Position numbers and translations under genes: made by a program. Of a DNA stretch of 64,000 nt, positions 1 to 13,278 are shown one piece after another. The stretch's first letter is position 1; every line of letters starts with the position of its first letter. The DNA lies in contig JBNRSN020000003.1 of assembly GCA_051313645.2 (NCBI GenBank), forward strand, positions 178,684,001 through 178,748,000. The letters run 5' to 3'. Source of the stretch: Centroscyllium fabricii. Lineage: Eukaryota. The notes under the pieces were generated by a model. It saw only the letters and a program-made list of their open reading frames with translations. It had not been told where the DNA came from and did no database searches.

Positions 1-459
1 TCCTTTCACTTGCAGCCACTTATTTTGTGGGGAGGGGTTGAGGCCTGGAACCAATGTGCACAAATGTTGAGATAAGTATCAAGTTAAATAATTCCTTTCA
101 GCTACAAAATCAGCACTCCCTAATCTCTTGGTTGCCTCATCAAGACAAACCCACAATCACAGCTCCAATTTATTTACAACTATAAAATACGATTTGTGTC
201 TCAGCGCTCTAACTTAAATTCATCTCCCTGACAAATATAATACAAGAGCACTGGGAGAAGGCCAACATCAATTTGATTAGCAAGTTCCATAGTCAGCAAT
301 TTGCACCATATCAAACAAAAAGGTTTTCTTTAATAAACATAAAGACTAGCATTTATATATTGCTTTTTGTTACATCGTTATATGGAACTACTTTGGTTAG
401 TGTACTTATATTGCTATGTAGCAAACAAATGAGTTAAAGTGTCTTTATTACATAGCAAT

Positions 460-630
460 AAGAACACAAGGAGACACAACACTTTTCATGTCTTCAAGAC
501 GTTCTAAAGTACTCCACGACCAAAGAATTACAGTGCACTCACAGTTATTTTGTTGGCTACCATGGTCGCCAATTTGCACACTGCAAGATCCCACAAACAC
601 AAAATGGGACAAGTGACCAGGTAACCTGAA
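460..630 (-). mobile_element. Degraded Deu-domain SINE fragment
   Basis: 'gccaatttgcacactgcaagatcccacaaac' resembles the reverse complement of the 3' part of the SINE at 57833-58276; boundaries approximate. Confidence 0.45.
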
Positions 631-924
631 TGCCTTGAGCAATCTTGTAAATGTCCAGATACAAATGTTTCAGTCAAGCGGGTCGCTACAATCAACCTCA
701 AAATCCTTGGGTTGGAAAATATACGATGGCCAGGATTCCAGTTCCTAATAGGTATAGTGACCTTTTACTACAGATACCCATACACAACTACCATGTAAGA
801 ACAGGCTCAGGCTTAGCTGCGAACCGCACCCCCCCCAACCCAGTTGGGTATCCTGCCATCACTGAATGTCCAGTTTGAAACATGAAGAATCGCCACGAGA
901 GCTGCTAGCACCTGGGTACCCATA

Positions 925-1259
925 CTCAGTGGTTAGCACTGTTGCCTCACAGCACTGGAGACCCGGGTTCAAATCCAGTCTCGGGTACTATCTGTGTGGA
1001 GTTTGCACATTCTCCCCGTGTCTGCGTGGGTTTCCTGCGGGTGCTCCGGTTTCCTCCCACAGGGGGATTGAGTATGTGGGGTTACGGGGATAGGGTGGGA
1101 TGTCTGTCGATGCAGGCTCAATAGGGATCGAGGGATATGGGGAAAGGGCAGGGACGGGGTGCTGGGTTTGGATGATCAGTCATGATCTCATTGAATGGCA
1201 GAGCAGGCTCGAAGGGCCGAATGGCCTACTCCTGCTCCTATCTTCTATGTTTCTATGTT
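925..1259 (+). mobile_element. tRNA-derived HE1/V-SINE-like element with CR1-type 3' tail, internal deletion
   Basis: tRNA-like head (ctcagtggttagc...gggttcaaatcc), V-domain-like gtgctccggtttcctcccacag, tail gaagggccgaatggcctactcctgctcctatcttctatgtttctatg; homologous to 6107-6429, 13279-13534, 48151-48400. Confidence 0.85.
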
Positions 1260-3564
1260 ACTCAAGCCTGAGTTGCAGCCGTCAGACCAGGATAAGTTAG
1301 GGGAGAAATCTGGAGGGGGGGGGGGGGGGCGCGAGGGGGCCAATGGATGGATAGGAGTTGATATATGTCTCATGCATTGTAAGTGCCCAACCTGAAACCT
1401 GGAGCCATATGTGGCCCCTGAACCCCGGCAATGCAGCACTCGTAGTCCAAACAATTCAGTTATATTTGCCAGTTTGTCCCATTTAAATTTTGTGGGCCTG
1501 GAGGGCTGCTCTTAGAGTTGTTGCATCATTGAGACATTGGTGAATAATGCCTAATTCAGATCTGCTAGAATCAGCAATGTGAGATATATGCAAGTTAATG
1601 GGATTATGGATTTGAACTTCATATGTGGTCATTGAGGCTCCGTGGTACAAAATTATATAGCACATGAAGACATAGGTTTGGACACTCCTATCACAGATCA
1701 CAAACATATCCAATTCTTAATTTAGCAAACATATTCAATTTTAATACAGAGTATACGGGCAAATGAAAAGTAAATTTGCAAATTAAGAATGTCTTCACTT
1801 CCACTTGAATGACAGCAACTGAAGTTTTTTTTGCATATTAACTCCCTCTTTTGGAAAAGAAACCCGGAAAATGTTGTTCAAATTACATTGTCTTCTAAAC
1901 ACACTGTCCAGAAATGGAAACATTCTTAACAAGGACACAAACACTGACACATAAACCATGGGTCTCTGGAACACAACTTTGGGCTACAAATTGCTTCAGC
2001 CAGTAAAATAAGGGAGCCTTGTAAATCGAAAGAAAAGATAAAATATAAAAGTGTTTCTTAAAATACAGTTACACTGCAACAGCAAAAGACAATGGTATTT
2101 TTGTGTGACTCAAAACTTTTGCTCAATGCCACACTGAAATGAAACTTCTGCCTGTTAATGAGTTTTGGTTTGTCCCCTATACAGTTCAAGTCCTATTACC
2201 AACAGTCGCGTTCTTTCATTTCAAATTCAAAAAGCCTTTTGATTAATCCCATGAGCTGACCTTTAAACTTTTCTTCAAGGACTTCCACTCTCTGTAAATC
2301 ACACACACAATTGAATATCAATATCCTATCCATATTAATAAGCCTCATTGTGCTCCATGGATGAGTGGGAACTGGTAGCAAGGCTGAAGCTTCCCCTCCT
2401 CCACTCCTACTGCAGTATGAAAGCCACAACTGCCCTTTCCTACAGCCTTTCCTTATTGCTATCCTTCTACGCGGCTGCACATCAATTACCATGAACACTC
2501 GCATGCAGGGCTTTCATCTCCTCTGTCACGGTTGCTTCCTGCAGCTTCATTAATTATAGGATCACTGCAACTATTTATTGCAAAAGATTGTGCCATTATC
2601 TACCAAACCAAGGCTTCCTCGAGCTGAATCATTTCTCACCCCCACGCCAAACAACTCACATATGCTGTTACCTCAATGCCTTCCAAACACACACACACAC
2701 ACATCAAGCCTTAATAGAATTTTTACAACGTGGGGGGAGGGGATTTTAAGTTATTTTATTTAAAAGTCATTTATTTTGTTCATTTTCTATCATGTGACTG
2801 AAGTATTATTGTTCCAAATGACCAAATCAAAAGTCATATTTTCTAATGATAATTTTTCTTATATATTTCCTAACTTGTCAATCTGACCTGTATTATTGCA
2901 GAGCTCTTAATGCTTTGATATTTGTACACATCTGCGTGCCATTGCTTGGTAAATTAATTTTTTTCTGAGAAGTTAACAGTCATTTATCATAACACAACAA
3001 GACGATTAGCTCTTCAACCACTTGTATAAATGCCTTCCCATCATGCACCGTCACAAGAACCTTTCAAAAACCAACAAGTCAGACAAATTATCTCAACAAT
3101 CTTAATATTTTGACACTTTGTTGTATTTTTTTTAATAAAACTTCTTTTGAAAGCCTTATTTAACAAAAATAAATTCTGGAACACTAAACTGTTTATAGTT
3201 CCAAAGCTACACGGGTTCATAGCTTCCAACATGCCTGAAAGCCCATTAATGTCTTTTTTAAAATGCTGTACAATTTGTGCCAGCCTCAGGCTTTTTTTCA
3301 ATCAGTTCCAAGTAAAACAAAAAGCATTCATAAGCCCTCTTGGCACCCAGCTGCTGTCTTCCTAAATCAGCACTCTCTTAACCAGCTCTTTATTAACATG
3401 GCCAAAAAAATAACTTAAAAAAAAATGCAATGCCTCGCTAACCACAGGCTTTAAATCATATTTACCTTTAATACTGCAAAACCAAACAGAAAAAATAAAG
3501 GCCTCTTATACTTCAGAGGACATTCTACGTACTATTTATGCCAATTTTTTTTACTGTATTGAGC

Positions 3565-3868
3565 TGTTTAAACCCAGGTCCCGTCTGCCTGTTCAGGTGG
3601 ATGTAAAAGATTCCATGGCACAAGAGCAGGGGAATTCTCCCGGTGTCCTGGCCAATATTTATCCCACACCGACACCACCAGAAAACCCCCAGATTAACTG
3701 ATCATTTATCTCATCGCTGTTTGTGGGACCTTTTGTATAAATTGGCTGTCACATTTGCCTACTAACAATAGTGACGACACTTCAAAAGTAATTCATTGGT
3801 TGTGAAATGCTTTGGGACATCCTGAAGATGTGAAAGACAGTACATAAATTCAACTTCTTTCTTTCTAT
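3565..3868 (+). mobile_element. Deu-domain SINE fragment (SacSINE/AmnSINE-like), 5' truncated
   Basis: Core ccgtctgcctgttcaggtggatgtaaaagattccatggca and L2-like tail; homologous to 57833-58276. Confidence 0.75.
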
Positions 3869-6106
3869 TGCCTTCATGCTTTAGTATATTTTGTTTGAAA
3901 TAAAGTCTACGCTGTGCCCTCTAGTAAACAGACTAATCTTTTAGACAATTTGTGAAAAAGGTTCAGAACACATAAATATATGCTGCTTAATGATCAATGG
4001 TTTTGTCCAGGCGGTAAAGTGGGTAATGACAGACAAACCAATGGATTTTAGTGGGCTCAGATTGAAATGTTATGGACATTTTTAAAATGCTAAGGAAAGG
4101 GGGATTACCGTGTACATTTTGTTCACTAATCTCTCCTTAATCCTGTTTTAAATTATAATTATACTATTAGATGAAACTCACCAACAGCTGTGTTTACTGT
4201 TTCAACAAGGACTTAAAAGTAAAAACGGCTACTGTACATGCCTTCTTTTGCTTTCAACAATGCACTGGAATGCACATCAATGTTGAGCAGAAGTTACTTC
4301 AAATGGTACACAATGCCTTTTCTTTAAATAAGAATTTATGTATTATATATAGTAAGTACTGCTTCTTGCCTCAGTCTTTCTGTGTCCCTGCCTTACATTC
4401 TAAAGTTCTTTATCCTCAGCATAAAATTCAACTACAAGTACTTCAATCATGTGCTTAGAGACCAGAGCTTTTCTGTAAACAAGACTAATGGAGTGCAACT
4501 AATAGACTTCTCCAGGAGCATGGTTAGTTAACAGGGTCTTTGTCAGCAGTCACTGAAGCAAAGTCGCCTTTTGCTTGGATAGTAGAAAAAGCACCATTCC
4601 CAGAAAAGCCTTCACTTTGCTGGTTACAGATTGACTTGCCTGAATATGTGTCAGCATTATACAATCAACACCTTATCTTCCTCACAGAGCACATGTTCAA
4701 TTCAAAAACTCAGCTCTATTTACCACAGCCTCCCTCGAGTTCACAGGCAGTACAATACAATTCTATAGCGTTAATTGACCCTTTATGTCTTTACAATGCA
4801 ATTGGGCAAAAAAAATTTTTGCAAAACAACAGCCAGTCACTTAAACCTGATCTTAGCAGTAACAAAGCAGGGAATCAAATGAGGGTTAGAGACACTAGAA
4901 CAAGTAAGATTGATCAGTACCACACTTCTCAGTGCATTTGGGGATGCTCCCAGATCTTTCCCATTTCTTCCTGTGTGCTAACTGCATCAGCACCCTTCAT
5001 GCCTGTTGGACAAGTATTGATCAATGAGGCCCATTGCTTGAAAGCTCTAGTTTCTGCTGGTGTCCACTGCAGCAATTTTTTAAAGAAGTTTTTCTCATCT
5101 GTCCACTGTACACGTCCAACCCACTTTAGTCTAATCTTCCAGGTAATGTTGAGTCCTGGCTGAATCTTCCAGAAGCAGTATATTTCTTGCTTTGTGATTT
5201 GAATTTACCATCATATTCCTGAAACAGCAGACAGATAATCGGGTTGAAAGGAGTCTAGTCTTGCGTTATAGACCAAAGATTCTCAGCTATTTTTGGCGCC
5301 TTGGTGAAACAACTCGGATTTCTTTAAGATGTGTAGTTAAAGTTATTCGTCCATATTCCCTTTGATTCCAGAGGTTCTGCAGTTCTTGGAAAGATATACT
5401 TATTCTTGTCTCATGTTGTCTAGTTTGACTCCAAAACTCCATGCATTTCCAAGGCAAGTAATATTTTCTACCTCTTCAAGGGTACTGCTATTAAGAACAT
5501 TTGGACCTTGTGGTTCCCTATTGTCGACATTCATCGTTTAGTATAAAGACCAACCTGGGCAGATGGTTTAAGTGTTTATTGATCTCTGATGGTCATTTTG
5601 ACTTTTCAAGTCATCTGCCAAATCCAGGGGAAAAAAGTTCCAACCTCTGCAAATTCCACTTATTTTATAGGTCAAATAAAGATCACTGGTCTTTACATAT
5701 GGGAAGTCTTAAGAACCCAGTCAGTCAATTAAATTCTTAAAAGAGAAGTTGTGGCTATATTGCTGCTGCCTTACTAGAATGCAAGGTTGTTCAGTAAGTA
5801 ATGTTTAAGCATTTGCCGCTTCTGCTTTGGGCACAACCGGCAATCGGGCCCAAATCGTGCCAGATTTCAGAAATCATTTTTTTTTGCTCTGGTTTCCACT
5901 CAAACTCATTTGCATATCATCAACGTAAACTCTTCCATCAATTGGGCAGCGTTTTAGAAGGCAATTTAAAAAATAAAATTTTGCATTAAAAATATTCCTT
6001 AATATATGTAAGAGTGGTAACCTGGTGCAGTTTTATCAATATAGCTGAAAATGGGCTTATCACAAAAAATAAGCATTTCTAATCAGAGTATCTAGTCCAC
6101 CACCTA

Positions 6107-6429
6107 TAGATCATAGAAGATCATAGAATCCCTACAGTGCAGATAGAGGCCATTTCGGCCCATCGAGCCTGCACCGACACACATTCCACCCCATCCCCGT
6201 AACCCCACCTATTTAATCCCCCTAACACTAAGGGTCAATTTATCATGGCCAATCAACCTAACCCGCACATCTTTGGACTGTGGGAGGAAACCGGAGCACC
6301 CGGAGGAAACCCACACAGACACAGGGAGAATGTGCAAACTCCACACAGATAGTCACCCGAGGCTGGATTTGAACCCGGGTCTCCAGTGCTGTGAGGCAAC
6401 AGTGCTAACCACTATGCCATCGTGCCGCC
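6107..6429 (-). mobile_element. Full-length HE1/V-SINE-like element
   Basis: Reverse complement starts ggcggcacgatggcatagtggttagc (A box), B box gggttcaaatcc, V domain, tail ending in tctatgatct-type repeats. Confidence 0.85.
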
Positions 6430-6799
6430 TGTGAGTAACCCAATTTTTAATAATTGAAAATGACTTTAAAAAGCTATATAGAACCAATTATAGTTTCAAT
6501 GGTGTACAAAAGATCGCAGAAACTTGATTTGCACTGACGTAATTTGCGGTTGAAATTCCTTGATCTTTTGAACTGTTTTGGCTGATTTCGGGTGAATTGC
6601 GCTGAAAATACCAGCACAACCTCGCGGAAACTCAAAGCCATTAACTTAAAACTCATAGATTAGATGTTAGATGTGAGAAATATATGGGTAGAAAGTGTGG
6701 ATTTGGATGCCAGATCATTTCCAAAGTTACTATTTTTTAGGCTGGTTTGAGAAGTGGCCAGACAAAGTGGCCAATGACTAGTCTTGTTTTCGAACTCTT

Positions 6800-7120
6800 T
6801 TTAATCCAATTTTCTTTCCCCCGCCCTCCAAGGCAGTGGAGTATAGTTCCATTGCTACTGAAGTCCTCCAGTGGTCATTCTTCATGTGAGAGTCTAGACA
6901 ACTAATTTTGGCAGACTATTTCCGGCACAGGGGAACCTCACAGCCAAGCCTAATCATGTTCTGATGTCCACATGTGTATTTTTCAGCAGAAACATAAACC
7001 CTGGGTTAATTTTCCTTCCCTGGCCAATATAGGCACCCCTATACCTCCAGTTGAGATCAGCTAACTCTATCAATCTTGGGCCATACTACTCAAAATATTT
7101 AACCACTAAGCCATTGGGGA
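6800..7120 (-). mobile_element. Old SINE-like repeat (agttagctgatctc family)
   Basis: gagatcagctaactc and cattcttcatgtgagag motifs shared with 8840-9190, 29910-30250, 37150-37580 and 53100-53420; boundaries approximate. Confidence 0.45.
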
Positions 7121-7410
7121 AGCCCTGATAACAAATTACACTTAGAATGAATACTAAAAATTAATTAATTGAATTGTAATGTTCATTAACTACTACGGTA
7201 TCATGACAGCTATTTTATGGGTTGTAGTTCTTTTTAATTCATTCTCAGGATGTGGGCATTAGTGGCATGTCTGACATTCAAAGTCCATCCCTATGGTTCT
7301 TAATAAGTCAGACATTGTCAATGGAAATTAGGATTTAAAGTATCTTTTGCATGAACCTTTGTAACATACAACAGGGGTACGAAGACATATAAAGCCATCA
7401 GGCGATTTTG

Positions 7411-7514
7411 AAATAACAACAGAAAACGCTGGAGAAACTCAGCAGGCCAGGCAGCATCGGCGGAGAGAGAAACAGAGTTAACGTTTCAGGTCGATGGCCT
7501 TTCTTCAGAACTGG
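7411..7514 (+). mobile_element. Short Penelope-like terminal fragment
   Basis: acagaaaacgctggagaaactcagcaggccaggcagcatc...gtttcaggtcga is a common elasmobranch repeat end; degraded inverse copy near 14700-14815. Confidence 0.5.
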
Positions 7515-8839
7515 AGAAGCCAGGAGGGGAGATTTTGAACTGTAGGCTGGAACTGCAGAAACTGAAGAGTTGGGTAACATCAAAAAGAGGACAATACACC
7601 CTCAGTTGCTTGTTTTCTATTCAGTAGTTTCACGTGCCACTTCTTTTGTCACGACAATGACAAAAGAATAAACTGCCACAAAAATCACTCCCTGTGTACT
7701 ATGCATACTTCAGGACCAAGTGAGTTGATGTATTTTCTGTTTCTCTGCTGTTCCCCAATGCTGGTAACCAGAAGGTACGGTCATCTTATCGGAATTTCAC
7801 AGAATTCATATTTTGTTTAAATGAGTACCTAGCAATACAGGCAATTCCATCATCTAATAAATGTCTTTCTAAGCAGCATCTGCATAATGACATTTAACTG
7901 CTAGGCAGGTTGCATTCCTTCTGGCAACAGTAATTTATAGATAAAACTCAACAATGTGAACACCATCCAAGAGAGCAAGGTTTCTGTATAAATTATTGAT
8001 TGCACTTTGCCCTCATCTCAAACATTGGCCCTACAGCTGATAAGCTCAACCCTGATGGCACATCAAGCCCTTACAGAAGAGGCAGGAACATTATTGCCTT
8101 GCACCAGGGACTGCAGCGTGAGAGCCAATCAATCAGGCTTGTGGCAGCTTTTACAGCCTCTTTATGCGGCCCAATTTGGCCTGCAAGCTTCTTTTGTTCA
8201 TTTTTCTCTTTCTACTCTGCTAAGGTCAATCCGTGTGGAGATTTGCAGAGACACAGCACCATTGTAAACAGAAGAAATCTTTAAATTATATGAGAATCAG
8301 CATAAAGACTAGGTCCAAAATGGTATTACCAAGTACCACCAACTGTAAAACTAGATATTATTGTGGTAACATTTATTTTGTTTTGAAATGGTAAATGTCA
8401 CTGTAAAATGTTTTATTTTAGATTCTTCTCTCTACTTTCTTTTGCATAAACAAAGAAGCAGACTGTAACATCAGTAATTTAAAAAAAACATGTTTTGCAA
8501 CATGTTCACTTCAATCCTGAGCCAAGTGGATTAGCAGTTTGGGAGTGAGAAGAACATTTGAACAATAGTGTTGAGGGACAATGCCAGCATCAATCCCCAA
8601 CAATGCTAATTAATGAGAAAACCTAAAAAGCTCACATCAGCAGCAGAGAAGAAAACTGCAATCAAAAGCAATACGTAATCCAATCCAGTTTGTACCCTCA
8701 GAGACTAAACTGTAGCAAATGAGGCAGAGATAAAGTAGAGCAACAAGGAGATTGAGAGGTCAACTGATGGGATCAGGTTCTGACTATTCAACATATTTGT
8801 TTGTAGAGGAACAGAATAAAAGTACCACTGGATGTGGCT

Positions 8840-9190
8840 GTCACAATGGATCAGCGCAAAAGATCAGCAATGTTTTGCATTCGATCTCAAGCCTGTGTTG
8901 AGTTAGCTGATCTTGAGCTGGCTTGAGGCAGTACAATTGGTCACAGCACCTCTGGATTTGAAGGGAAAATCGGCCAGTGATTCTGCTCCTGATCGCTATA
9001 CTGTCTGGTGACTGAATGAGGATAGGATCATGCTCAATTGTCAGATAACCTCCCAGCATTCACTCTCAAGGCTCAGACGTGAATAATGATTGCTTGGCCA
9101 GAAGGCAATGGCCACCTGTGGAACTGTGACCCAGTGAGGGAGTGAACACCTTCGGGAAAGCAAGAGAGCGGAGAAAATTGAGGAGATAAA
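8840..9190 (+). mobile_element. Old SINE-like repeat (agttagctgatctc family)
   Basis: tgagttagctgatct and gctcagacgtgaataatg motifs shared with other copies in the window. Confidence 0.45.
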
Positions 9191-11229
9191 AAGTACCACT
9201 GAACAACTCTCAAATCCTTTTGGAAGAAAACTAAATCTAATATTTCTTTTACTCGTTTTACACCAACCGTATTAAAATGAAACTATTTACTGAAACAAAA
9301 ATAAATAAATAAATATTTAAACATCCAGTTTTAAAGCTGCAATCAGAAGCATCTGAAAAGGACACAGATGCTGCCTGCAATAAACTGAAGGCAGCTGACG
9401 GTTCTCATCCTGCCTTGTTTCAGTGCCTGTCACACCTGCTCCATTTGTTGTGACCAAGTCCTCCGATAAGACATGACAGCTCATTTCAGCAAACCTGTCA
9501 GCCACTGAATCTATGCAATCACTGGGAGGCACAAGAGGGAATCTGCATGCCGATTTGATCCCAGCTTTCAGACTGTCTGTTAAACATTAACTGACTGCGC
9601 TACGGTCGTCCATAAAGGACTGCTTACCAATTCCTGCTCAACTGAAGAAAACTTTTGTTTATCTTGGCACACAAGTCAAAAAAGCAGTGCCCTGTGGTGA
9701 ATGCTGTAGCGTGTGTACAACGTCTGAAATATCAAGACAAACAATAAACCGCCAATACATTCAGTGCTGTATGATTGCTGGTGTCATTTACAACTTCATT
9801 TCTAAGACTTCACAAACACCTGAGTGGACATAATTTACAAGATGCCATCTAGTACTTAAGTTGAAATTAATCCAAAGCCTTTCAGCTTCAGTGGACTAGT
9901 AGCATTTCTCTATTTCTGTCTACCAACAGAAAGGCTGAAAGGTTTCAGTAATCCACATTTTTGTTTCAGTTCATTTTCAAGCACTTACTGGAGTGTGTAT
10001 TTGGTATTAAAAATGCAATTTGATTTGTGGTTTTTGCACGTCCTCTGTATTATCCTCCTTGAAGAACGGACAGGGCTGATGAGGTATTTAAACAGATTAG
10101 TGGAATTCAGCTGGCCCACAGAACAAGAGCTTCCATCTGTTAAATCCCCGAGACAGAGCAGCCAGTCTTTTTAACCGTCGCTCACATTCAAGCCACTGCT
10201 TACAAAGGAAGGGTGGGGGTGGGGGGTTACAGGATGTATGAAGACCATGCTCCAATTGCATTGAGGCTGAGGGAAATGATGAGGCAGTGTTCTGCAATCA
10301 GTAGTCGCAGAAAACAAAATCGATCCACACTGAGTGAAGCTTACAACTTAACGTCACATCAGCAAGTTTCAGACATTTGATCCTGTCTGTGAAATGAATG
10401 AACAGCTAGGTTCAACACTGTTCGCAAGAGTAGGCTGACACCAGTAGTACATGAGTTCCACTCAGATGCTGAGCTTTGGTAGGGAAGTTGTCACTTCTTC
10501 TTAAATAAATTTACAGATGTTCTACAGGAATAGCTATAAAAAGGATCTTCTTAAAACAAAGCCAACAGAGCAGAAAGCTATTATACCATAATGGATGTAA
10601 AACTGTAGGCCTGAGGCAATTTCACTAGAAAATGATTGCACATTTTCATACTGTATCTTCAATGCCAACATTATAAAACTGAATACATTTTATTTCAATA
10701 CCACATGAGATACCTCCAATTAGGAAGAAGTGCGAGTTGTGCTAACCCTTTGAATCCTGAACTTCTTTATTTGGACAGAATCACCAGACATTGACTAAAT
10801 ATCCTTTGAGGTTATTTCTGAGTCCTGCACTCATTAACATGTTTCAGACAACACGTTATATAGAAAAACTGTATAAAAGTAAATGCTTTCAATGCATCTC
10901 AAAATATTTTGCAATAAAAATGAGACTTCTCCAGGACAAAGCTCTTCCCACATGAATGGTTCCACCACTACTTTTGCTGGAAGGAGCAATTTTTTCTGAA
11001 CAAAAAACATTTTGAGGTCCAAATTTCTTCATGTTTGTTGACAAAATACTGTTTCTACCAAAACAAGTGAGGAAAAAACAAAAAGGTCTTATGCACATCT
11101 TGCAATCTGAATCGAACACCGACCGGCCGGACAGTTGCTGGGATGAGGATCTAGATCCTTCAGCATGTGTCCACCACCCAGTCTGACTGTGCAGTATCCT
11201 ATCTGCTTGATTACCCTGATACCATAGTA

Positions 11230-11791
11230 CAGGTTGTGCACCGTTAATCCGGCACCGTTGGGACCAGGTCGGTGCCGGACCACTGAAAAATCCGAACCAC
11301 TGAAGGTTCGGGGAGCGCATGCGCAGCCCATTCAAAATGGCTGCTGCGCATGCACAAACCATTCAAAATGTCCACTGCACATGCACAGCCCATTCAAAAT
11401 GGCCACTGCGCATGCGCAGACCATTCAAAATGGCTGCTGCGCATGCACAAACCATTCAAAATGTCCACTGCACATGCGCAGCCCATTCAAAATGGCCACC
11501 GCGCATGCGCAGACCATTCAAAATGGCCACCGCGCATGCGCAGTCCATTAAAAATGGCCACCACGCATGGGCAGCCATTAAAAATGGCCACTGTACATGC
11601 ACAGACCATTCAAAATGGCCACTGCACATGCACAGACCATTCAAAATGGCCGCTGCGCATGCACAGACCAGTCGGGGCGAGGCCCGCGCATCGCGAGCGT
11701 CCCTGAGATCACGTGGGCCAGCCAGACGGATCCGTGCCGGACCACTGAAGGTGCCAGACCATCGGGTGCCGGAATAACGGTGCACAACCTG
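11230..11791. mobile_element. pogo/Tigger-like (Tc1/mariner) MITE
   Basis: TIRs caggttgtgcaccgtta / taacggtgcacaacctg; TA duplication at 11228-11229 and 11792-11793; no coding capacity. Confidence 0.85.
11315..11668. repeat. About 30-bp minisatellite (roughly 11-12 units) inside the MITE
   Basis: Unit approx. gcgcatgcgcagaccattcaaaatggccact; it produces the repetitive ORFs in the track. Confidence 0.9.
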
Positions 11792-12074
11792 TATTTAATT
11801 TGTTAGCCATATTTGGACATGAAGCGAGCCAATACACCAAATCTGCTTACAAATTACAAGCAGAACCGTAGAAAGAAGCCATAAATAAAAAGGGGATGAA
11901 TGAAAGAAAAACTAGGAGACATGCAGGGCTGCATTAATGTATGGGCCTATGGGGCCCAGTGAACAGAGCTCAGCAGTCACCTGACGGACCGTCCATGAAG
12001 TTAAACAGCGCTGCCGGCCAGTTGTGTTAAATCCGCCAGGCAGCAACTGGAGTTGGTGCAATGTGGCAATGGGC

Positions 12075-12305
12075 GCCTTTCACAACATCCCAAAGCACTT
12101 CACAACCAATGAATTACTTTTGAAGTGTAGTCACTGTTACCTAAGCAACATAGCAGCCAATTTGCACACAGCAAGGCCCCGTAAGTAGCAATGAGATAAA
12201 TGACCAGGAAATTTGCTTTGTTGCTGTTAACTGAATGATCAATGTTGGCCAAGAGAACTGCCCTGTTCTTGGGAGTGTTTAATGCCCACTTGGGCAGAAA
12301 GACAG
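12075..12305 (-). mobile_element. Deu-domain SINE fragment
   Basis: cccaaagcacttcacaaccaatgaattacttttgaagtgtagtcactgtt...gcagccaatttgcacacagcaag matches the reverse complement of the 57833-58276 tail. Confidence 0.65.
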
Positions 12306-12362
12306 CTGGTTAAGGGGTAATATTTAGGGCATTAAAATAGAACCCATTACAGGGGAAATCAT

Positions 12363-13152
12363 GGCCAAAATTTTCATCTCCCGTGAGGCGGGGATTTCGG
12401 TGGGTCGGACGGCAAAATAGCGGAACCGGTGGGTCGCGACTCCCCCAGCCGGATCCCTGCTGCTTTAGCATTTTTCCCCCGCCCTGTCCCCCCGCCCCGA
12501 ATCTTTCCCGCCGGCGGCTGGTGGAAATGGTTGGTCAGCTCATTAAGGGCCCTTAATTGGCACGTGTAATGCCATTTTAAGGGCCCTTAGCCATTTTCAC
12601 CCCTTTCCCACCCTAACCCCACCATCCTAAAATCCTGCTGGTGAAAGCCAGCAGGATCACAGTGGTGTTGCTAACTTTCTCCTTCAAGGTGTTGAAGGAT
12701 CTACAGCAAAATGCTTCCCAGGCCTTCAACACCCTGGGGGAGTAAGTCACCCCCTTGTGTCAACACCAGCTGTGGGCAAAAACTTAGAAAACTTACCTTC
12801 CCAGCTTGACTGACAACCACTGGCAAGCTGTCAAAGATTTGAAGCCCGCCTGCCCACCTGTCACTCATTAGCACTTGGCCTTTCCCATTGGTTCCACTCC
12901 ACTGTGATGTCACAGTGGAGTGTTTCCATGGGAACTGCAAACAAACAGTTGCCGCATCTGCCTGACAGCCTCCTGGAATGCCGTTTCAGCGCCATAATTG
13001 GTGACTGGACTGCTGCTCTTAACTAGAGGCACCCCACACGTGGGGATTTAATTGAGTGATTAGGCTAAAATAGTGTGGGCTTCCCAGGCCCCTGGCCGGG
13101 TGGGTTAGGAACCTGCCCCGACCAATCCCCGCACCTCCAGGAAAATCCCCCC
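12363..13152 (-). mobile_element. Non-autonomous Harbinger (MITE) sharing ends with the 18022-22741 element
   Basis: Left end aattttcatctcccgtgaggcggg matches the reverse complement of the Harbinger right end; two aagggcccttaa-type palindromes; interior is the reverse complement of 60554-61319. Confidence 0.8.
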
Positions 13153-13278
13153 CGTCTGTTTTTTTAAAATAAGAACCAATTTGAGGTTTTGAAATTTTAT
13201 TACAGATGTACTGGAGTTCATCAGTTTCACTCACTGGTGATCTTTATAAATCAGCAGCCTATACTATACTATACAATA

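Noticed and set aside
4540-5163. 207-aa ORF
   Set aside because: Non-ATG start, no recognisable domain or codon bias, antisense within an intron.
11234-11806. Several overlapping repetitive ORFs (KMATAHAQ, CTCTDHSKW) and a CRISPR-like look
   Set aside because: They arise from a 30-bp minisatellite in a MITE; the units are contiguous with no unique spacers, there are no cas genes, and the DNA is vertebrate.
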